Source of the DNA: Flavobacteriales bacterium
Lineage (GTDB): Bacteria; Bacteroidota; Bacteroidia; Flavobacteriales; UBA7430
Assembly (NCBI GenBank): GCA_029247585.1
Contig: JAQWKY010000090.1
Location: forward strand, 1 to 43,148
Direction: 5' to 3'
Length of the DNA stretch: 43,148 nucleotides
The position numbers and the translations under genes are program-made. Each line of letters starts with the position of its first letter. Position 1 is the first letter of the stretch. The notes beneath the pieces are model-generated. The model ran no database searches. It saw only the letters and a program-made list of their open reading frames with translations, and had not been told where the DNA came from. Shown here piece by piece: positions 7,716 to 17,848 of this stretch.

Positions 7716-8759
7716 TTACTTTTTATTGGCTAACTGCCCACAAGCCGCATCGATGTCTTTACCTCGACTTCTTCGAATGTTTACCACGACCCCTCGTGCT
7801 TCAAGATAATCTCTAAAAGTGTCTACTTTCTCCTCTTTTGCTTGTTTGAACTCCCCCCCATCAATCGGGTTGTATTCGATGATGTTCACTTTACAGGGAA
7901 TGTGTTTGCAAAATTCGTAGAGTTCATGTGCATCTTGTAATTCATCATTAAAATTGTCGAAGATGATGTATTCGTAAGTAACTCTCGATTGTGTTTTTTC
8001 GTAAAAATATTTTAGTGCTTTTGCCAAAACCTCCAAATTATTGGTTTCGTTGATGCCCATTATTTTATCACGCTTCTCATCATTTGCCGCGTGAAGTGAT
8101 AATGCCAAATTGAATTTCACATCATCATCAGCCAGCTTTTCGATCATTTTAGCAACTCCGGCAGTAGAAACAGTAATGCGTTTCGGCGACATACCCAAGC
8201 CTTCTTCAGACGTAATTTTTTCTATAGACTCCAATACGTGATTGTAGTTCAATAAAGGCTCCCCCATCCCCATGTATACGATGTTCGAAAGCGGCTGTCC
8301 GTTTCGCTCCAGAGCCTGATCTCGAATGATTCTTACCTGGTCGTAAATTTCATCGGCATGAATGTTACGCATGCGCTTTAAGCGTCCCGTGGCACAAAAC
8401 TCACAGGCCAAACTACATCCTACTTGAGAGGAAATACAGGCCGTCATTCGGGTATCTGCAGGAATTAACACCCCTTCACAAATTTGATCATCAAACAAAC
8501 GAAAGGCGTTTTTTATGGTTCCATCGTTGCTGTATTGAGAGTCGTCTATTTGAACCGCATTAATGGTGAAGCCCTCCTTCAGCATTTGTCTAGTAGACAA
8601 CGAAAGGTTTGTCATCTGGTCAAAATCGGTAGCCGACTTTTTCCACAACCACTCATATACTTGCTTGGCACGAAAGGCTTTTTCGCCTTTAGCCACAAAA
8701 TATTCTTTGAGTTTTTCTTTCGATAAAGCTCTGATGTCCTGTTTCTCCTGCTTTTTCAT
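7716..8759 (-). CDS. rlmN: 23S rRNA m2A2503 radical SAM methyltransferase
   Basis: CISSQVGCSLACEFCATG, MGMGEP, DIDAACGQL; start ATG 8759. Confidence 0.95.
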   Translation of the reverse strand: MKKQEKQDIRALSKEKLKEYFVAKGEKAFRAKQVYEWLWKKSATDFDQMTNLSLSTRQMLKEGFTINAVQIDDSQYSNDGTIKNAFRLFDDQICEGVLIPADTRMTACISSQVGCSLACEFCATGRLKRMRNIHADEIYDQVRIIRDQALERNGQPLSNIVYMGMGEPLLNYNHVLESIEKITSEEGLGMSPKRITVSTAGVAKMIEKLADDDVKFNLALSLHAANDEKRDKIMGINETNNLEVLAKALKYFYEKTQSRVTYEYIIFDNFNDELQDAHELYEFCKHIPCKVNIIEYNPIDGGEFKQAKEEKVDTFRDYLEARGVVVNIRRSRGKDIDAACGQLANKK

Positions 8760-8764
8760 CGATG

Positions 8765-8788
8765 CAAAGATAGGGATTCTTACCTTTG
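8765..8788. promoter_or_regulatory. Back-to-back divergent -7 promoter elements (rlmN / amidohydrolase)
   Basis: TATCTTTG on minus (8765-8772) and TACCTTTG on plus (8781-8788) within a 43-bp intergenic gap. Confidence 0.65.
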
Positions 8789-8802
8789 TTAAAATTTTAT
8801 TG

Positions 8803-9975
8803 ATGCGCATCATTCAGGCTTCTTATATCATCCCGCTAAATGCAGCTCCCATGGCAAACGGTTACTTGTACATGGAGGATGACGGAACCGTCATTCACAT
8901 TACACAAGAAGCTCCTATTACCCATCAATTCGAAATAGAAATATACGAGGGAATTGTTTGTCCAGGCTTTGTAAATACACATTGCCACTTAGAACTTTCG
9001 CATATGAAAGGAATGATGCCTGAGGGTTCGGGGCTTCCTGCATTTGTGGATCAAATTCCGAAACAAAGACAAAAAAGTACACTCGACTTGGCTCAATCAA
9101 TGAAGCAAAGCGACCAAGAAATGTGTGAGGCGGGGATCGTAGCCGTTGGAGACATCTCGAATACGGAAACAACCATTCAAATAAAAAGCGAAAGTTCAAT
9201 CCGTTACCATTCCTTCGTTGAACTTTTTGGTTTGAACAAAAACGAAGCGCTTCATTTATTGGCTGAGGGGAAAAAAACACTAAAAAAATTCAAAACAGCC
9301 GATTTGGCTGCATCACTCGTGCCTCACGCACCCTACTCTGTTTCACCGGATTTACTCAAAGGTATTTATGCTTACTGTGAGGGTTCCTTGCTGAGTATTC
9401 ATCACCAAGAAACTCCTTCCGAAAATGAACTTTTTTTGCAAGGTCAGGGCGATTTGGCTGAAACATTCTTGAAAAAAGATCTCGATCTCAGCGCTCATTT
9501 GAACTTTGGAAAAAACGCTACAGAATTTAGCCTCATACCTTATTTGTCTAGACATCAAAAAATCCTTTTGGTCCATAATACCTATTCATCAGCCTCAGAC
9601 ATCGACCGTGTGATAAACCATTTCACAGATGCATACTGGTGTACTTGTCCGAAGGCGAATTGGTATATTGAGCGCCGTTTACCCGACTATAATTTATGGC
9701 GTAAAAAAGGACTGAAAATTACCTTGGGTACGGATTCCTTGGCTTCAAACGACTCCTTAAATATTTTGGAAGAGCTGAAACTGATTCAAAATAAATTCCC
9801 AAATATTCCGACCGCTGAACTGCTCTCTTGGGCTTGTAAAAATGGAGCAGATTATTTTGGATTCCACACTTTAGGAACCTTCAAAACCGGAAATAAACCC
9901 GGTGTGGTTTTAATTGAAAAGGTAGATGGTTTGCAATTAACCCCTGAATCTAAGGTTCGGGTATTGGCTCATTAA
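8803..9975 (+). CDS. Amidohydrolase-superfamily metal-dependent deaminase
   Basis: PGFVNTHCHLELS, PHAPYSV, IHHQE, LGTDSLASN; start reassigned to ATG 8803 (MRIIQ). Confidence 0.85.
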   Translation: MRIIQASYIIPLNAAPMANGYLYMEDDGTVIHITQEAPITHQFEIEIYEGIVCPGFVNTHCHLELSHMKGMMPEGSGLPAFVDQIPKQRQKSTLDLAQSMKQSDQEMCEAGIVAVGDISNTETTIQIKSESSIRYHSFVELFGLNKNEALHLLAEGKKTLKKFKTADLAASLVPHAPYSVSPDLLKGIYAYCEGSLLSIHHQETPSENELFLQGQGDLAETFLKKDLDLSAHLNFGKNATEFSLIPYLSRHQKILLVHNTYSSASDIDRVINHFTDAYWCTCPKANWYIERRLPDYNLWRKKGLKITLGTDSLASNDSLNILEELKLIQNKFPNIPTAELLSWACKNGADYFGFHTLGTFKTGNKPGVVLIEKVDGLQLTPESKVRVLAH

Positions 9976-10637
9976 CGAGACATGAGAATCTCTGCTAAGA
10001 GTAAATCTTTGGGGCTGGTTAATTTTACATTCGAGTCCTCTCCCTCACAAAGGTGTACTTTCTCACCTAGGGCCTCCACCACAGAAGCATCATCAGTAAA
10101 TGTATCTCTTTCTTCTTGTTCATAGGCTGCTTGTAAAAGCTCAGAAGAAAAACACTGTGGCGTTTGCACCGAATAATACTGACTTCGGTCCAGGGCTTTG
10201 CTCGAGTCTTCGGTCACTAATCGAATGGACTCAGAAACGGGGCAAACCGGAATGAGCGCCCTCTTCAATTCCGTCTCTTTGTACATCTTCAAAATAAGAT
10301 CTGAGCTGATGAGTGGACGTACTCCATCGTGTACAGCAATAATTGATTCTTCTGAACAATATTCCAAACCCTTTTTTACCGATTTGAACCTCGACATTCC
10401 TCCGGCAGCTATTTGATGAGGAATGTTGAACTGATGTTTCCTGCAAAGTGTTTCCCAAGTGCTGTGATGAGAAGAGGGTAAAACAACAATAAGCTCAATG
10501 GAAGCATTGGCTCTGTAAAATTTCTCCATCGTATGCATTAAAACAGGTCTGTCCGCCAACTCCATAAATTGCTTCGGAATCGAACTTTTCATTCTTTGCC
10601 CACTACCGCCTGCGACTATGATGGCATATCTCTTCAT
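9972..10637 (-). CDS. ispD: 2-C-methyl-D-erythritol 4-phosphate cytidylyltransferase
   Basis: AGGSGQRM..PKQF, VHDGVRP, QTPQCF, TDDASV, NVKLT. Confidence 0.92.
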   Translation of the reverse strand: MKRYAIIVAGGSGQRMKSSIPKQFMELADRPVLMHTMEKFYRANASIELIVVLPSSHHSTWETLCRKHQFNIPHQIAAGGMSRFKSVKKGLEYCSEESIIAVHDGVRPLISSDLILKMYKETELKRALIPVCPVSESIRLVTEDSSKALDRSQYYSVQTPQCFSSELLQAAYEQEERDTFTDDASVVEALGEKVHLCEGEDSNVKLTSPKDLLLAEILMSR

Positions 10638-10707
10638 TTCTATTTCCCCGTGATTTACCGAAAAGTACGGCGTATGTTTGACTCTTCAAAATTTTACCGC
10701 TCAAAAC

Positions 10708-10743
10708 AAAAAAAGCTAAAAGATCAAGACCTCTTAGCTTTTC
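10708..10743 (-). terminator. Probable intrinsic terminator after queA
   Basis: AAAAGCTAA...TTAGCTTTT stem flanked by A/T runs. Confidence 0.6.
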
Positions 10744-10766
10744 TGTAAAATTCTATTTTTTCTTGA

Positions 10767-11816
10767 TTACAAGATTAACATCGCATCTCCGTATGTAAAG
10801 AAGTTGTATTTCTCTTTAATCGCTTCTGCATAAGCCTTTTTTAGCAAATCAAAACCACAAAAAGCGGCAGCATGCATCATCAAGGTCGATTTAGGTGTGT
10901 GTAAATTTGTAATCATGCAGTTCGGAATTCTGAACTCATAGGGAGGGAAAATGAACTTGTTGGTCCAGCCTTCAAACTCATTCAAAGATCCTGAGGTAGA
11001 TACCGAACTCTCTATAGCGCGCAAACTCGTAGTTCCAACAGCACAAACTCTTCGGTTCTCTTTAAGTGCTCTATTTACCGTTTTACAGGCTTCTTCTTTT
11101 ATAATTACTTGCTCAGACTCCATCTTGTGCTTCGATAAATCTTCTACCTCTACCGGTCGGAATGTTCCGAGACCAACGTGAAGGGTAACTTCAGCGAAGT
11201 TTACGCCTTTAATCTCCAAACGCTTCAAAAGATGTTTACTAAAGTGCATCCCAGCAGTTGGGGCTGCTACGGCACCGTGTTCTTTGGCATAGACCGTTTG
11301 GTAACGCTCATCATCTTCTGTATCAGGATCACGATCAATGTACTTTGGAAGTGGGGTTTGACCTAATTCATCCAATTTTTCTCTAAAGGCTTCATAAGAA
11401 CCATCAAACAAAAAGCGTAATGTTCGTCCTCTTGAAGTTGTATTGTCAATTACCTCAGCAACCAAAGAGCCGTCCTTACCAAAATACAGTTTGTTTCCGA
11501 TACGAATTTTTCGAGCGGGATCTACCAAAACATCCCAAAGACGATTGTCTTTGTTTAACTCACGTAACAAAAACACCTCAATCCTAGCGCCTGTCTTTTC
11601 CTTATTCCCAAACATACGAGCCGGAAAAACTTTGGTGTTGTTCAAAATCATAACGTCTTGATCGTCAAAGTAATCAATAAGGTCTTTGAAGTGTTTATGT
11701 TCAATCTTACCTGTATCGCGATGAACCACCATCAATCTAGATTCGTCTCGGATTTGCGTAGGTCTTTTCGCCAACAGCTCATCCGGCAATTCATAGTTGA
11801 AGTGTGAAAGTTTCAT
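10767..11816 (-). CDS. queA: tRNA preQ1(34) SAM ribosyltransferase-isomerase
   Basis: [43 protein letters not shown]; in-frame ATG at 11828 is an alternative start. Confidence 0.95.
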   Translation of the reverse strand: MKLSHFNYELPDELLAKRPTQIRDESRLMVVHRDTGKIEHKHFKDLIDYFDDQDVMILNNTKVFPARMFGNKEKTGARIEVFLLRELNKDNRLWDVLVDPARKIRIGNKLYFGKDGSLVAEVIDNTTSRGRTLRFLFDGSYEAFREKLDELGQTPLPKYIDRDPDTEDDERYQTVYAKEHGAVAAPTAGMHFSKHLLKRLEIKGVNFAEVTLHVGLGTFRPVEVEDLSKHKMESEQVIIKEEACKTVNRALKENRRVCAVGTTSLRAIESSVSTSGSLNEFEGWTNKFIFPPYEFRIPNCMITNLHTPKSTLMMHAAAFCGFDLLKKAYAEAIKEKYNFFTYGDAMLIL

Positions 11817-11886
11817 TTTGGTAATCATAGCATCTGTATTTTTAGGCTTGCAAATATAGGAAATAAAATAAATTTTTTGCGATTTA

Positions 11887-12579
11887 TCAAGACTTCATCA
11901 AAAGCTCAAAGTCTTGAATATCAAGTGCGTTTTTTAATTCATAGTCCCCAATTTTTGTTCGTTGTAACTTACTCAACCAAGCGCCACTTCCCATTGCCTT
12001 ACCGATATCGTGGGCAAGAGAACGTATGTATGTTCCTTTACTGCATGCTACCCGAAAGCTTACGTAGGGCATTTCTATGCTCAAAAGCTCCAAATCCTGA
12101 ATAGAAATTGGACGAGGTTTTAATGCAATGTCCTTCCCTTTTCTAGCGCTTTCATATAGTTTTTTTCCATCTACTTTAATCGCTGAGAAGATTGGAGGAA
12201 GTTGTTGACTATCCCCGAGAAAGGACTGTAAGGTTTGAGTAATTAAATCTGTATTGATGTGCTGAGTAGCGTAAAATCGATTTTCTGCCGACTCTCCATC
12301 ATAGCTGGGCGTGGTAGCTCCCAATTTTATAGTGGCAATGTATTCTTTGTGTGCTGCCTGATATTGTTCTATTTCCTTGGTCTTTTTTCCGGTGCAAATG
12401 ATCATTAAGCCCGAGGCAAGGGGGTCTAAGGTTCCGGCATGCCCCACCTTAATTTTTTTGACTTTAAGCTTGCGTTTTATCAGCCAGCGCAACTTGTTTA
12501 CCACCTGAAAGCTCGTCCAGTGAAGGGGTTTGTTGATGCATAATACTTCCCCTTCTTTAAATTGAAACTCTTTTTTCAT
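11887..12579 (-). CDS. truB: tRNA pseudouridine(55) synthase
   Basis: [24 protein letters not shown]. Confidence 0.95.
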   Translation of the reverse strand: MKKEFQFKEGEVLCINKPLHWTSFQVVNKLRWLIKRKLKVKKIKVGHAGTLDPLASGLMIICTGKKTKEIEQYQAAHKEYIATIKLGATTPSYDGESAENRFYATQHINTDLITQTLQSFLGDSQQLPPIFSAIKVDGKKLYESARKGKDIALKPRPISIQDLELLSIEMPYVSFRVACSKGTYIRSLAHDIGKAMGSGAWLSKLQRTKIGDYELKNALDIQDFELLMKS

Positions 12580-12600
12580 TGACTTGCAGCTGAGGTAAAA

Positions 12601-13890
12601 CTAGGCCCCTTCAATTTCTTGGAGGGTTTCATCGAGTGCCAAAATGGTTTTGTCTAATAATTCTTTGCTGTGGGTTCGAGAAATAAACAACGTCTCAAAG
12701 GCCGAAGGGGCTAAATAAACCCCGCGCTTTAGCATGCCGTGAAAAACCTTTTTAAAGTATTCGGCATCCGCCGCACAAGCATCGTCAAAATTATAAACTT
12801 CATCCACGTCAAAATGAAAGCTAAGCATCGATCCCACACGATTGAGGCAAACCTTCAGCTGGTACTTGTCAAACACGTTCCGCATCCCTGACTCCAGATA
12901 TGCAGTTTTCTCTTCCAGCTCCTCAAAAATAGCCGGATGTTCATTTAATTCTTTCAATAAGGTGTAGCCACAAGACATCGCCAAAGGGTTTCCTGACAAG
13001 GTTCCTGCTTGGTAAACAGGTCCGAGAGGAGCAACCATATTCATGATGTCTTCTCGACCACCAAAAGCGCCTACCGGCAAGCCTCCACCGATAATTTTAC
13101 CCATACAAACCATGTCGGGCTGAATATTGAACCGTTTATGTGCGCCGCCCTCAGACAATCGAAAACCAGTCATTACCTCATCGAATATGAGCAAAGCTCC
13201 ATGCGCATCGCATAATTTTCGAAGTCCTTCTAAAAACCCTTGTTTTGGAGGAATGCACCCCATGTTCCCAGCCACAGGCTCTATGATGATGGCAGCAACC
13301 TCACCTTTATTTTTATTTAAAACCTCCTCGACGTCTGCCAAATCATTATAGCGCGCTAGTAAGGTGTCTTTCGCTGTTCCGCTTGTTACTCCGGGTGAGT
13401 TTGGAACTCCTAATGTAATCGCTCCCGAACCGGCCTTAATTAAAAAGGCATCAGAATGTCCGTGATAGCAGCCTTCGAATTTGATGAATTTCTCTCGATG
13501 GGTAAAGGCTCGAGCCACTCGTATGGCGCTCATACAAGCTTCGGTACCGGAGTTTACCATACGTACTTTTTCAACGCCCGGCATCATCCCACAAATGAGT
13601 TCTGCAATGTCTGTTTCAAGGGCTGTAGGACCACCAAAAGAGGTCGATGCATCTGCGGCCGTTTTTAATGCCTCAAGTACAGGCGGATGACAGTGGCCGA
13701 GAATCATAGGACCCCAAGAGCCGATATAATCAACGTATTCATTACCTTCTACATCCACTAAAACAGACCCTTTGGCTTCTCGGAAGAAAACGGGGGTGCC
13801 CCCAACAGATTTGAAAGCTCGAACGGGTGAATTTACCCCACCTGGAATGTACATTTGTGCTCTTTCAAAGAGCGCCTTGCTTGTTGTCAT
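12601..13890 (-). CDS. hemL: Glutamate-1-semialdehyde 2,1-aminomutase
   Basis: [39 protein letters not shown]. Confidence 0.95.
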   Translation of the reverse strand: MTTSKALFERAQMYIPGGVNSPVRAFKSVGGTPVFFREAKGSVLVDVEGNEYVDYIGSWGPMILGHCHPPVLEALKTAADASTSFGGPTALETDIAELICGMMPGVEKVRMVNSGTEACMSAIRVARAFTHREKFIKFEGCYHGHSDAFLIKAGSGAITLGVPNSPGVTSGTAKDTLLARYNDLADVEEVLNKNKGEVAAIIIEPVAGNMGCIPPKQGFLEGLRKLCDAHGALLIFDEVMTGFRLSEGGAHKRFNIQPDMVCMGKIIGGGLPVGAFGGREDIMNMVAPLGPVYQAGTLSGNPLAMSCGYTLLKELNEHPAIFEELEEKTAYLESGMRNVFDKYQLKVCLNRVGSMLSFHFDVDEVYNFDDACAADAEYFKKVFHGMLKRGVYLAPSAFETLFISRTHSKELLDKTILALDETLQEIEGA

Positions 13891-13942
13891 CAAACTGATT
13901 TTAATCTTTTAATTGTATGGGCTTAAGCGCACAATAGTCTCT

Positions 13943-14926
13943 TTAGGATTTCAAAAGTCGCGCAATGTCTTTGGCAAAATAGCTAGCGATTAGGTCTGCA
14001 CCGGCTCTTTTGAATCCAATAACAGACTCGAGCATGGCGTCTTCCAGATTTAACCAGCCTTTTTCTGCAGCCGCATGAATCATGGAGAATTCTCCCGACA
14101 CCTGATAAGCCGCAACTGGAACCTTAAACTTTTCTTTCACCAAGCGAACCATATCCAAATAGGGCATCCCCGGCTTAACCATCAAAATATCGGCACCCTC
14201 TTGAATGTCTAATGCACATTCTACAAGCCCTTCTTCAGCATTTGCAGGATTCATTTGATAGGTTTTCTTGTCTCCGAAACCTGGGGCTGAATCCAAAGCA
14301 TCTCGAAAAGGTCCGTAAAAACAAGACGCGTACTTCACTGAATACGACATAATACCAACGTTTGGGAAGCCCTGTTCTTCTAAAACTTCTCGTATGTATC
14401 CGATTCTTCCGTCCATCATGTCTGAGGGCGCAACAATATCGGCGCCGGATTGAGCATGTGAAAGTGCCATTTCTCCCAATAACTCGACGCTGGCATCATT
14501 CACAATTTCACCATCTTCTACCAAACCATCATGACCGTCGGAGGAGTATGGGTCTAAGGCTACATCCGTCATCACACACATCTCCGGACAGTTCTTTTTG
14601 ATGGCTTTTATGCCTCGCTGCATCAAGCCTTCCGGATTCAAGGCCTCACTGCCTTTAGAATCTTTAAGTTCATCCGGAACTTTGGCAAAAAGAAGCACAC
14701 TTCGAAGGCCTAAGTCGTAGCACGATTGAACCTCATCGATTAATAAATCGATGGTATATCGATAATAACCCGGCATCGAGGGAATTTCTTCTTTCGCGTT
14801 TTTCCCTTCCATGAAAAATAAGGGGACTATGAAGTCCGTAGCTTGTATGTGGTTTTCTTGCACCAAAGAGCGAACGGCATCAGACTGACGCAATCTGCGT
14901 GGTCGGGTATATGGATGTACAGTCAT
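13943..14926 (-). CDS. hemB: Porphobilinogen synthase (ALA dehydratase), Asp-type (non-Zn) metal site
   Basis: RPRRLR, DVALDPYSSDGHDG, APSDMMDGR, MVKPG, AYQVSGE; start ATG 14926. Confidence 0.95.
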   Translation of the reverse strand: MTVHPYTRPRRLRQSDAVRSLVQENHIQATDFIVPLFFMEGKNAKEEIPSMPGYYRYTIDLLIDEVQSCYDLGLRSVLLFAKVPDELKDSKGSEALNPEGLMQRGIKAIKKNCPEMCVMTDVALDPYSSDGHDGLVEDGEIVNDASVELLGEMALSHAQSGADIVAPSDMMDGRIGYIREVLEEQGFPNVGIMSYSVKYASCFYGPFRDALDSAPGFGDKKTYQMNPANAEEGLVECALDIQEGADILMVKPGMPYLDMVRLVKEKFKVPVAAYQVSGEFSMIHAAAEKGWLNLEDAMLESVIGFKRAGADLIASYFAKDIARLLKS

Positions 14927-14969
14927 GCGAATGAATTTACCTACAAAAGTACGTTGAATTCCTGAATGT

Positions 14970-15446
14970 CTACAATTTATAATTCTGGATTTCACTAAAA
15001 GCCATTGCTTTTTGCTTGATCGCTCCGCTTTCTAGTCCTTCAATCACCAGAAGACAGGCTTTCTGAAAATCGGTCACAAGATCTTCTATGATGAAAATTC
15101 TTTTCGATGCCACAAGCTGCAAATGGTTGTTTTTGCTTTTCATTTTACGCTCCAGAACGATAAAGCCTCCGGGGCTACACATGTGGCTCATGGTACACCT
15201 GAGTTGCTTGTAAAGCCAATCATTGTCGGTAAGGTCGGCATAGGCCTTGGGGAACAGTTTATTCACCGCCAAGTGAAATCTTTTTTTGGACTGACCTTTA
15301 GCACCAAGAGGTTTCTTGTCGAGAAAACTACCCAGAGTTTCCATACCCTGACTCACCAAAAAAAAGACGGGAAAGTAAAACTGGGCCTCCAACAATTTCT
15401 GACTTTCTTCGAGTAGCCTTTGCTGAATAAATTCTTCGTTTTTCAT
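14970..15446 (-). CDS. Hypothetical protein, HEPN-like (RxxxxH)
   Basis: 158-aa apparently helical ORF with ETLG..F..Y..LYKQLRCTMSH pattern. Confidence 0.55.
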   Translation of the reverse strand: MKNEEFIQQRLLEESQKLLEAQFYFPVFFLVSQGMETLGSFLDKKPLGAKGQSKKRFHLAVNKLFPKAYADLTDNDWLYKQLRCTMSHMCSPGGFIVLERKMKSKNNHLQLVASKRIFIIEDLVTDFQKACLLVIEGLESGAIKQKAMAFSEIQNYKL

Positions 15447-15479
15447 TGAAAATAAAATAATCCCGTCGGTGAAAAGGTT

Positions 15480-16097
15480 TTAGCCATTGATGGCAATCAC
15501 TTCCTTTACTAGAGTGGGTAGCATCTGCTTGAGCATACTTTCTATTCCCTGTTTAAGGGTGACTGTAGAAGACGGACAGCCGCTACATGCACCTTGAAGT
15601 AGTACAGAAACTTTTCCGTCTTCAAAAGACACAAACTTGATGTTTCCGCCATCAGACTCCACAGCGGGCGCAACATATTCCTCGAGGATTTCTACGATAC
15701 GTGTTTCAACCTCTCCCAGTTGCTCGGGTTCAACACCTTCAGTGATTTCTGTCGTTCCCTGAGCCTCTTGCTGTACCTCTGCTGTTTGTGATTCTTCAAC
15801 AACAACTCCACCGTCAGCTAGATATTCACGAATAAATTCGCGAATTTCCATCACGATGTCGTCCCATTCCATCATGTCGTACTTGGTTAAGGACACAAAG
15901 TTCTTGGCTATAAAGACTTCTTTCACAAAGGGAAAATGAAACAATTTAACGGCTAATGGCGCATTTTTCGCCTCGTCTATATTCATGAACTCCTGACTGT
16001 CTCCGTATAGGATTGCACGGTTCACTACAAATTTCATTACCCCTGGGTTGGGTGTAGATTCAGCATAAACAGTTGTGGGTACTTTATTCTCTCTCAT
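15480..16097 (-). CDS. nfuA: NifU/Nfu Fe-S cluster carrier
   Basis: ESTPNP Nfu N-terminal domain; DGG..LQGACSGCPSS. Confidence 0.9.
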   Translation of the reverse strand: MRENKVPTTVYAESTPNPGVMKFVVNRAILYGDSQEFMNIDEAKNAPLAVKLFHFPFVKEVFIAKNFVSLTKYDMMEWDDIVMEIREFIREYLADGGVVVEESQTAEVQQEAQGTTEITEGVEPEQLGEVETRIVEILEEYVAPAVESDGGNIKFVSFEDGKVSVLLQGACSGCPSSTVTLKQGIESMLKQMLPTLVKEVIAING

Positions 16098-16136
16098 CTT
16101 CCTTAATTTTACACAAAATTACAAATAAGTAGAGAT

Positions 16137-16655
16137 ATGGCATTAGTGAAATCAATAAAAGGCAAAAGTCCGATTTGGGGCAAAAATTGTTTCTTGGCAG
16201 AAAACGCAACCCTCGTAGGAGATGTGGTATTGGGAAAAGATTGTAGCGTTTGGTTCAATGCCGTCATTCGAGGAGATGTACACTACATTAAAATCGGCAA
16301 TCAGGTAAACATTCAAGACGGTGCGGTCATTCACGGCACCTATCAAAAACACCCAACGAATATTGGTAATAAAGTCTCTATCGGGCATAATGCACTTGTT
16401 CACGGGTGCACGATTCACGACCAGGTATTGGTGGGTATGGGGGCAACCGTTATGGATAATTGTGTGATTCACTCCAACAGCATTATCGCTGCTGGTGCCG
16501 TTGTCTTGGAAAACACAGTGGTTGAATCGGGTTGCATTTATGCTGGTGTTCCGGCAAAGAAGGTGAAAGAGTTAAATCAGGAACAAACCTCTCGGCTTAT
16601 CGAGGGCATATCTAATAACTACGTTAAATACGCAAGCTGGTTGGAAGAAGAGTAA
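16137..16655 (+). CDS. Gamma carbonic anhydrase family protein (hexapeptide repeat)
   Basis: IRGDV, NIQDG..H, IGH..VHGC. Confidence 0.9.
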   Translation: MALVKSIKGKSPIWGKNCFLAENATLVGDVVLGKDCSVWFNAVIRGDVHYIKIGNQVNIQDGAVIHGTYQKHPTNIGNKVSIGHNALVHGCTIHDQVLVGMGATVMDNCVIHSNSIIAAGAVVLENTVVESGCIYAGVPAKKVKELNQEQTSRLIEGISNNYVKYASWLEEE

Positions 16656-16659
16656 ACGC

Positions 16660-17178
16660 CTACAACTCTATGGGAAACTCTCTTATAATTTGTTCCACCC
16701 AAGCCGCTACGCGATCGTCGGTTTGATCAAACTGATTGTCCTCATCAATGGCTAAACCCAGAAAAGTTCCTTTCTCTAATTCGGCTTTGGATTCGGTGTG
16801 CTCATACCCTTCCGTAGACCATTTTCCAACGATGGTTCCGCCATTTTTTATGACAACTTCACCAACAATTCCGACGCCGTCAATGAAATAATCGCAATAG
16901 ACGTATTGGTCTCCTAAGCCAAAAAGCGCTACTTTTTTACCGGTAAAATCTACCTCCTTAAAGGCTTCAAAAAAAGTATCCCAATCACTCTGAAGTTGAC
17001 CATCATGCCATGTAGAAAGGCCAAGAATGATCTGATCATACTCCGCAAAATCCTCCACTTTAGCATCGTACATGTCTATCAAATAGACCTGCTCTTTACT
17101 TATTTTACTTCGAATTTTAAGAGCTATCTCCTCGGTGTTTCCCGTGTCTGATCCATAGAACAAACCAATTTTCTTCAT
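16660..17178 (-). CDS. fldA: Long-chain flavodoxin
   Basis: GSDTGNTE, STWHDGQLQ, FGLGDQ, GLAIDEDNQ. Confidence 0.92.
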   Translation of the reverse strand: MKKIGLFYGSDTGNTEEIALKIRSKISKEQVYLIDMYDAKVEDFAEYDQIILGLSTWHDGQLQSDWDTFFEAFKEVDFTGKKVALFGLGDQYVYCDYFIDGVGIVGEVVIKNGGTIVGKWSTEGYEHTESKAELEKGTFLGLAIDEDNQFDQTDDRVAAWVEQIIREFPIEL

Positions 17179-17351
17179 CGCTGATTAATTTTTTGCAAAG
17201 GTAAGCATTCTCACAATTCAACGTATAAAAACACCACTAAATGAGTTACTGCAAAGTTGGTGAACAACAAATAAATTCGGAAGTAATTGACAGGCCAATC
17301 CTATTTGTTTTGTAATTTTGCAACTGTAAAGAAGAACAAAAAAGAAAAAAT

Positions 17352-17765
17352 ATGTATCCAGAACACATGGTGGCGCCAATGCGTCAAGATTTAACTCAAG
17401 AAGGGTTTACCGAATTACGAAGCGCTGAAGAAGTTGAAAACCTTTTGGGGGCGGAATCAGGTACAGTACTTGTTGTTGTGAACTCGGTATGTGGATGTGC
17501 TGCAGGAAATGCCCGTCCGGGAGCGAAAGCTGCCGTAAAAAATGCTAAGAAACCAGATCACATCACAACGGTTTTTGCAGGGGTAGATAAAGAGGCTGTT
17601 GCCAAAGCTCGTGAATTTATGATTCCTTTCCCTCCATCGTCTCCTTGTATTGCCTTGTTTAAAGGCGGAGAAGTAGTCCACATGTTGGAAAGACATCACA
17701 TTGAAGGCCGTGCTGCTGAGGCAATTGCCGCGAACCTAATGGCTGCTTTTGACGAGTTTTGTTAA
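17352..17765 (+). CDS. BrxA/BrxB family bacilliredoxin
   Basis: VNSVCGCAAGNARP, VFAG, PPSSP. Confidence 0.9.
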   Translation: MYPEHMVAPMRQDLTQEGFTELRSAEEVENLLGAESGTVLVVVNSVCGCAAGNARPGAKAAVKNAKKPDHITTVFAGVDKEAVAKAREFMIPFPPSSPCIALFKGGEVVHMLERHHIEGRAAEAIAANLMAAFDEFC

Positions 17766-17778
17766 CCCAAAAATAATG

Positions 17779-17813
17779 AAAAAAAAACCCTGGAAATTCC
17801 AGGGTTTTTTTTT
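17779..17813. terminator. Bidirectional intrinsic terminator between brx and nrdA
   Basis: A9-CCCTGGA-AAT-TCCAGGG-T9. Confidence 0.9.
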
Positions 17814-17848
17814 CATCTATAAATTATTCTCAAGGGGGGTGCTAGACA

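Noticed and set aside
8563-8813. Long head-to-head overlap of rlmN and the amidohydrolase in the ORF track
   Set aside because: Artefact of upstream start choice; ATG 8759 and ATG 8803 leave a 43-bp gap with divergent promoters.
17352-17765. Bacilliredoxin outside Firmicutes as a novelty
   Set aside because: BrxA/BrxB homologs are already known in Bacteroidota.
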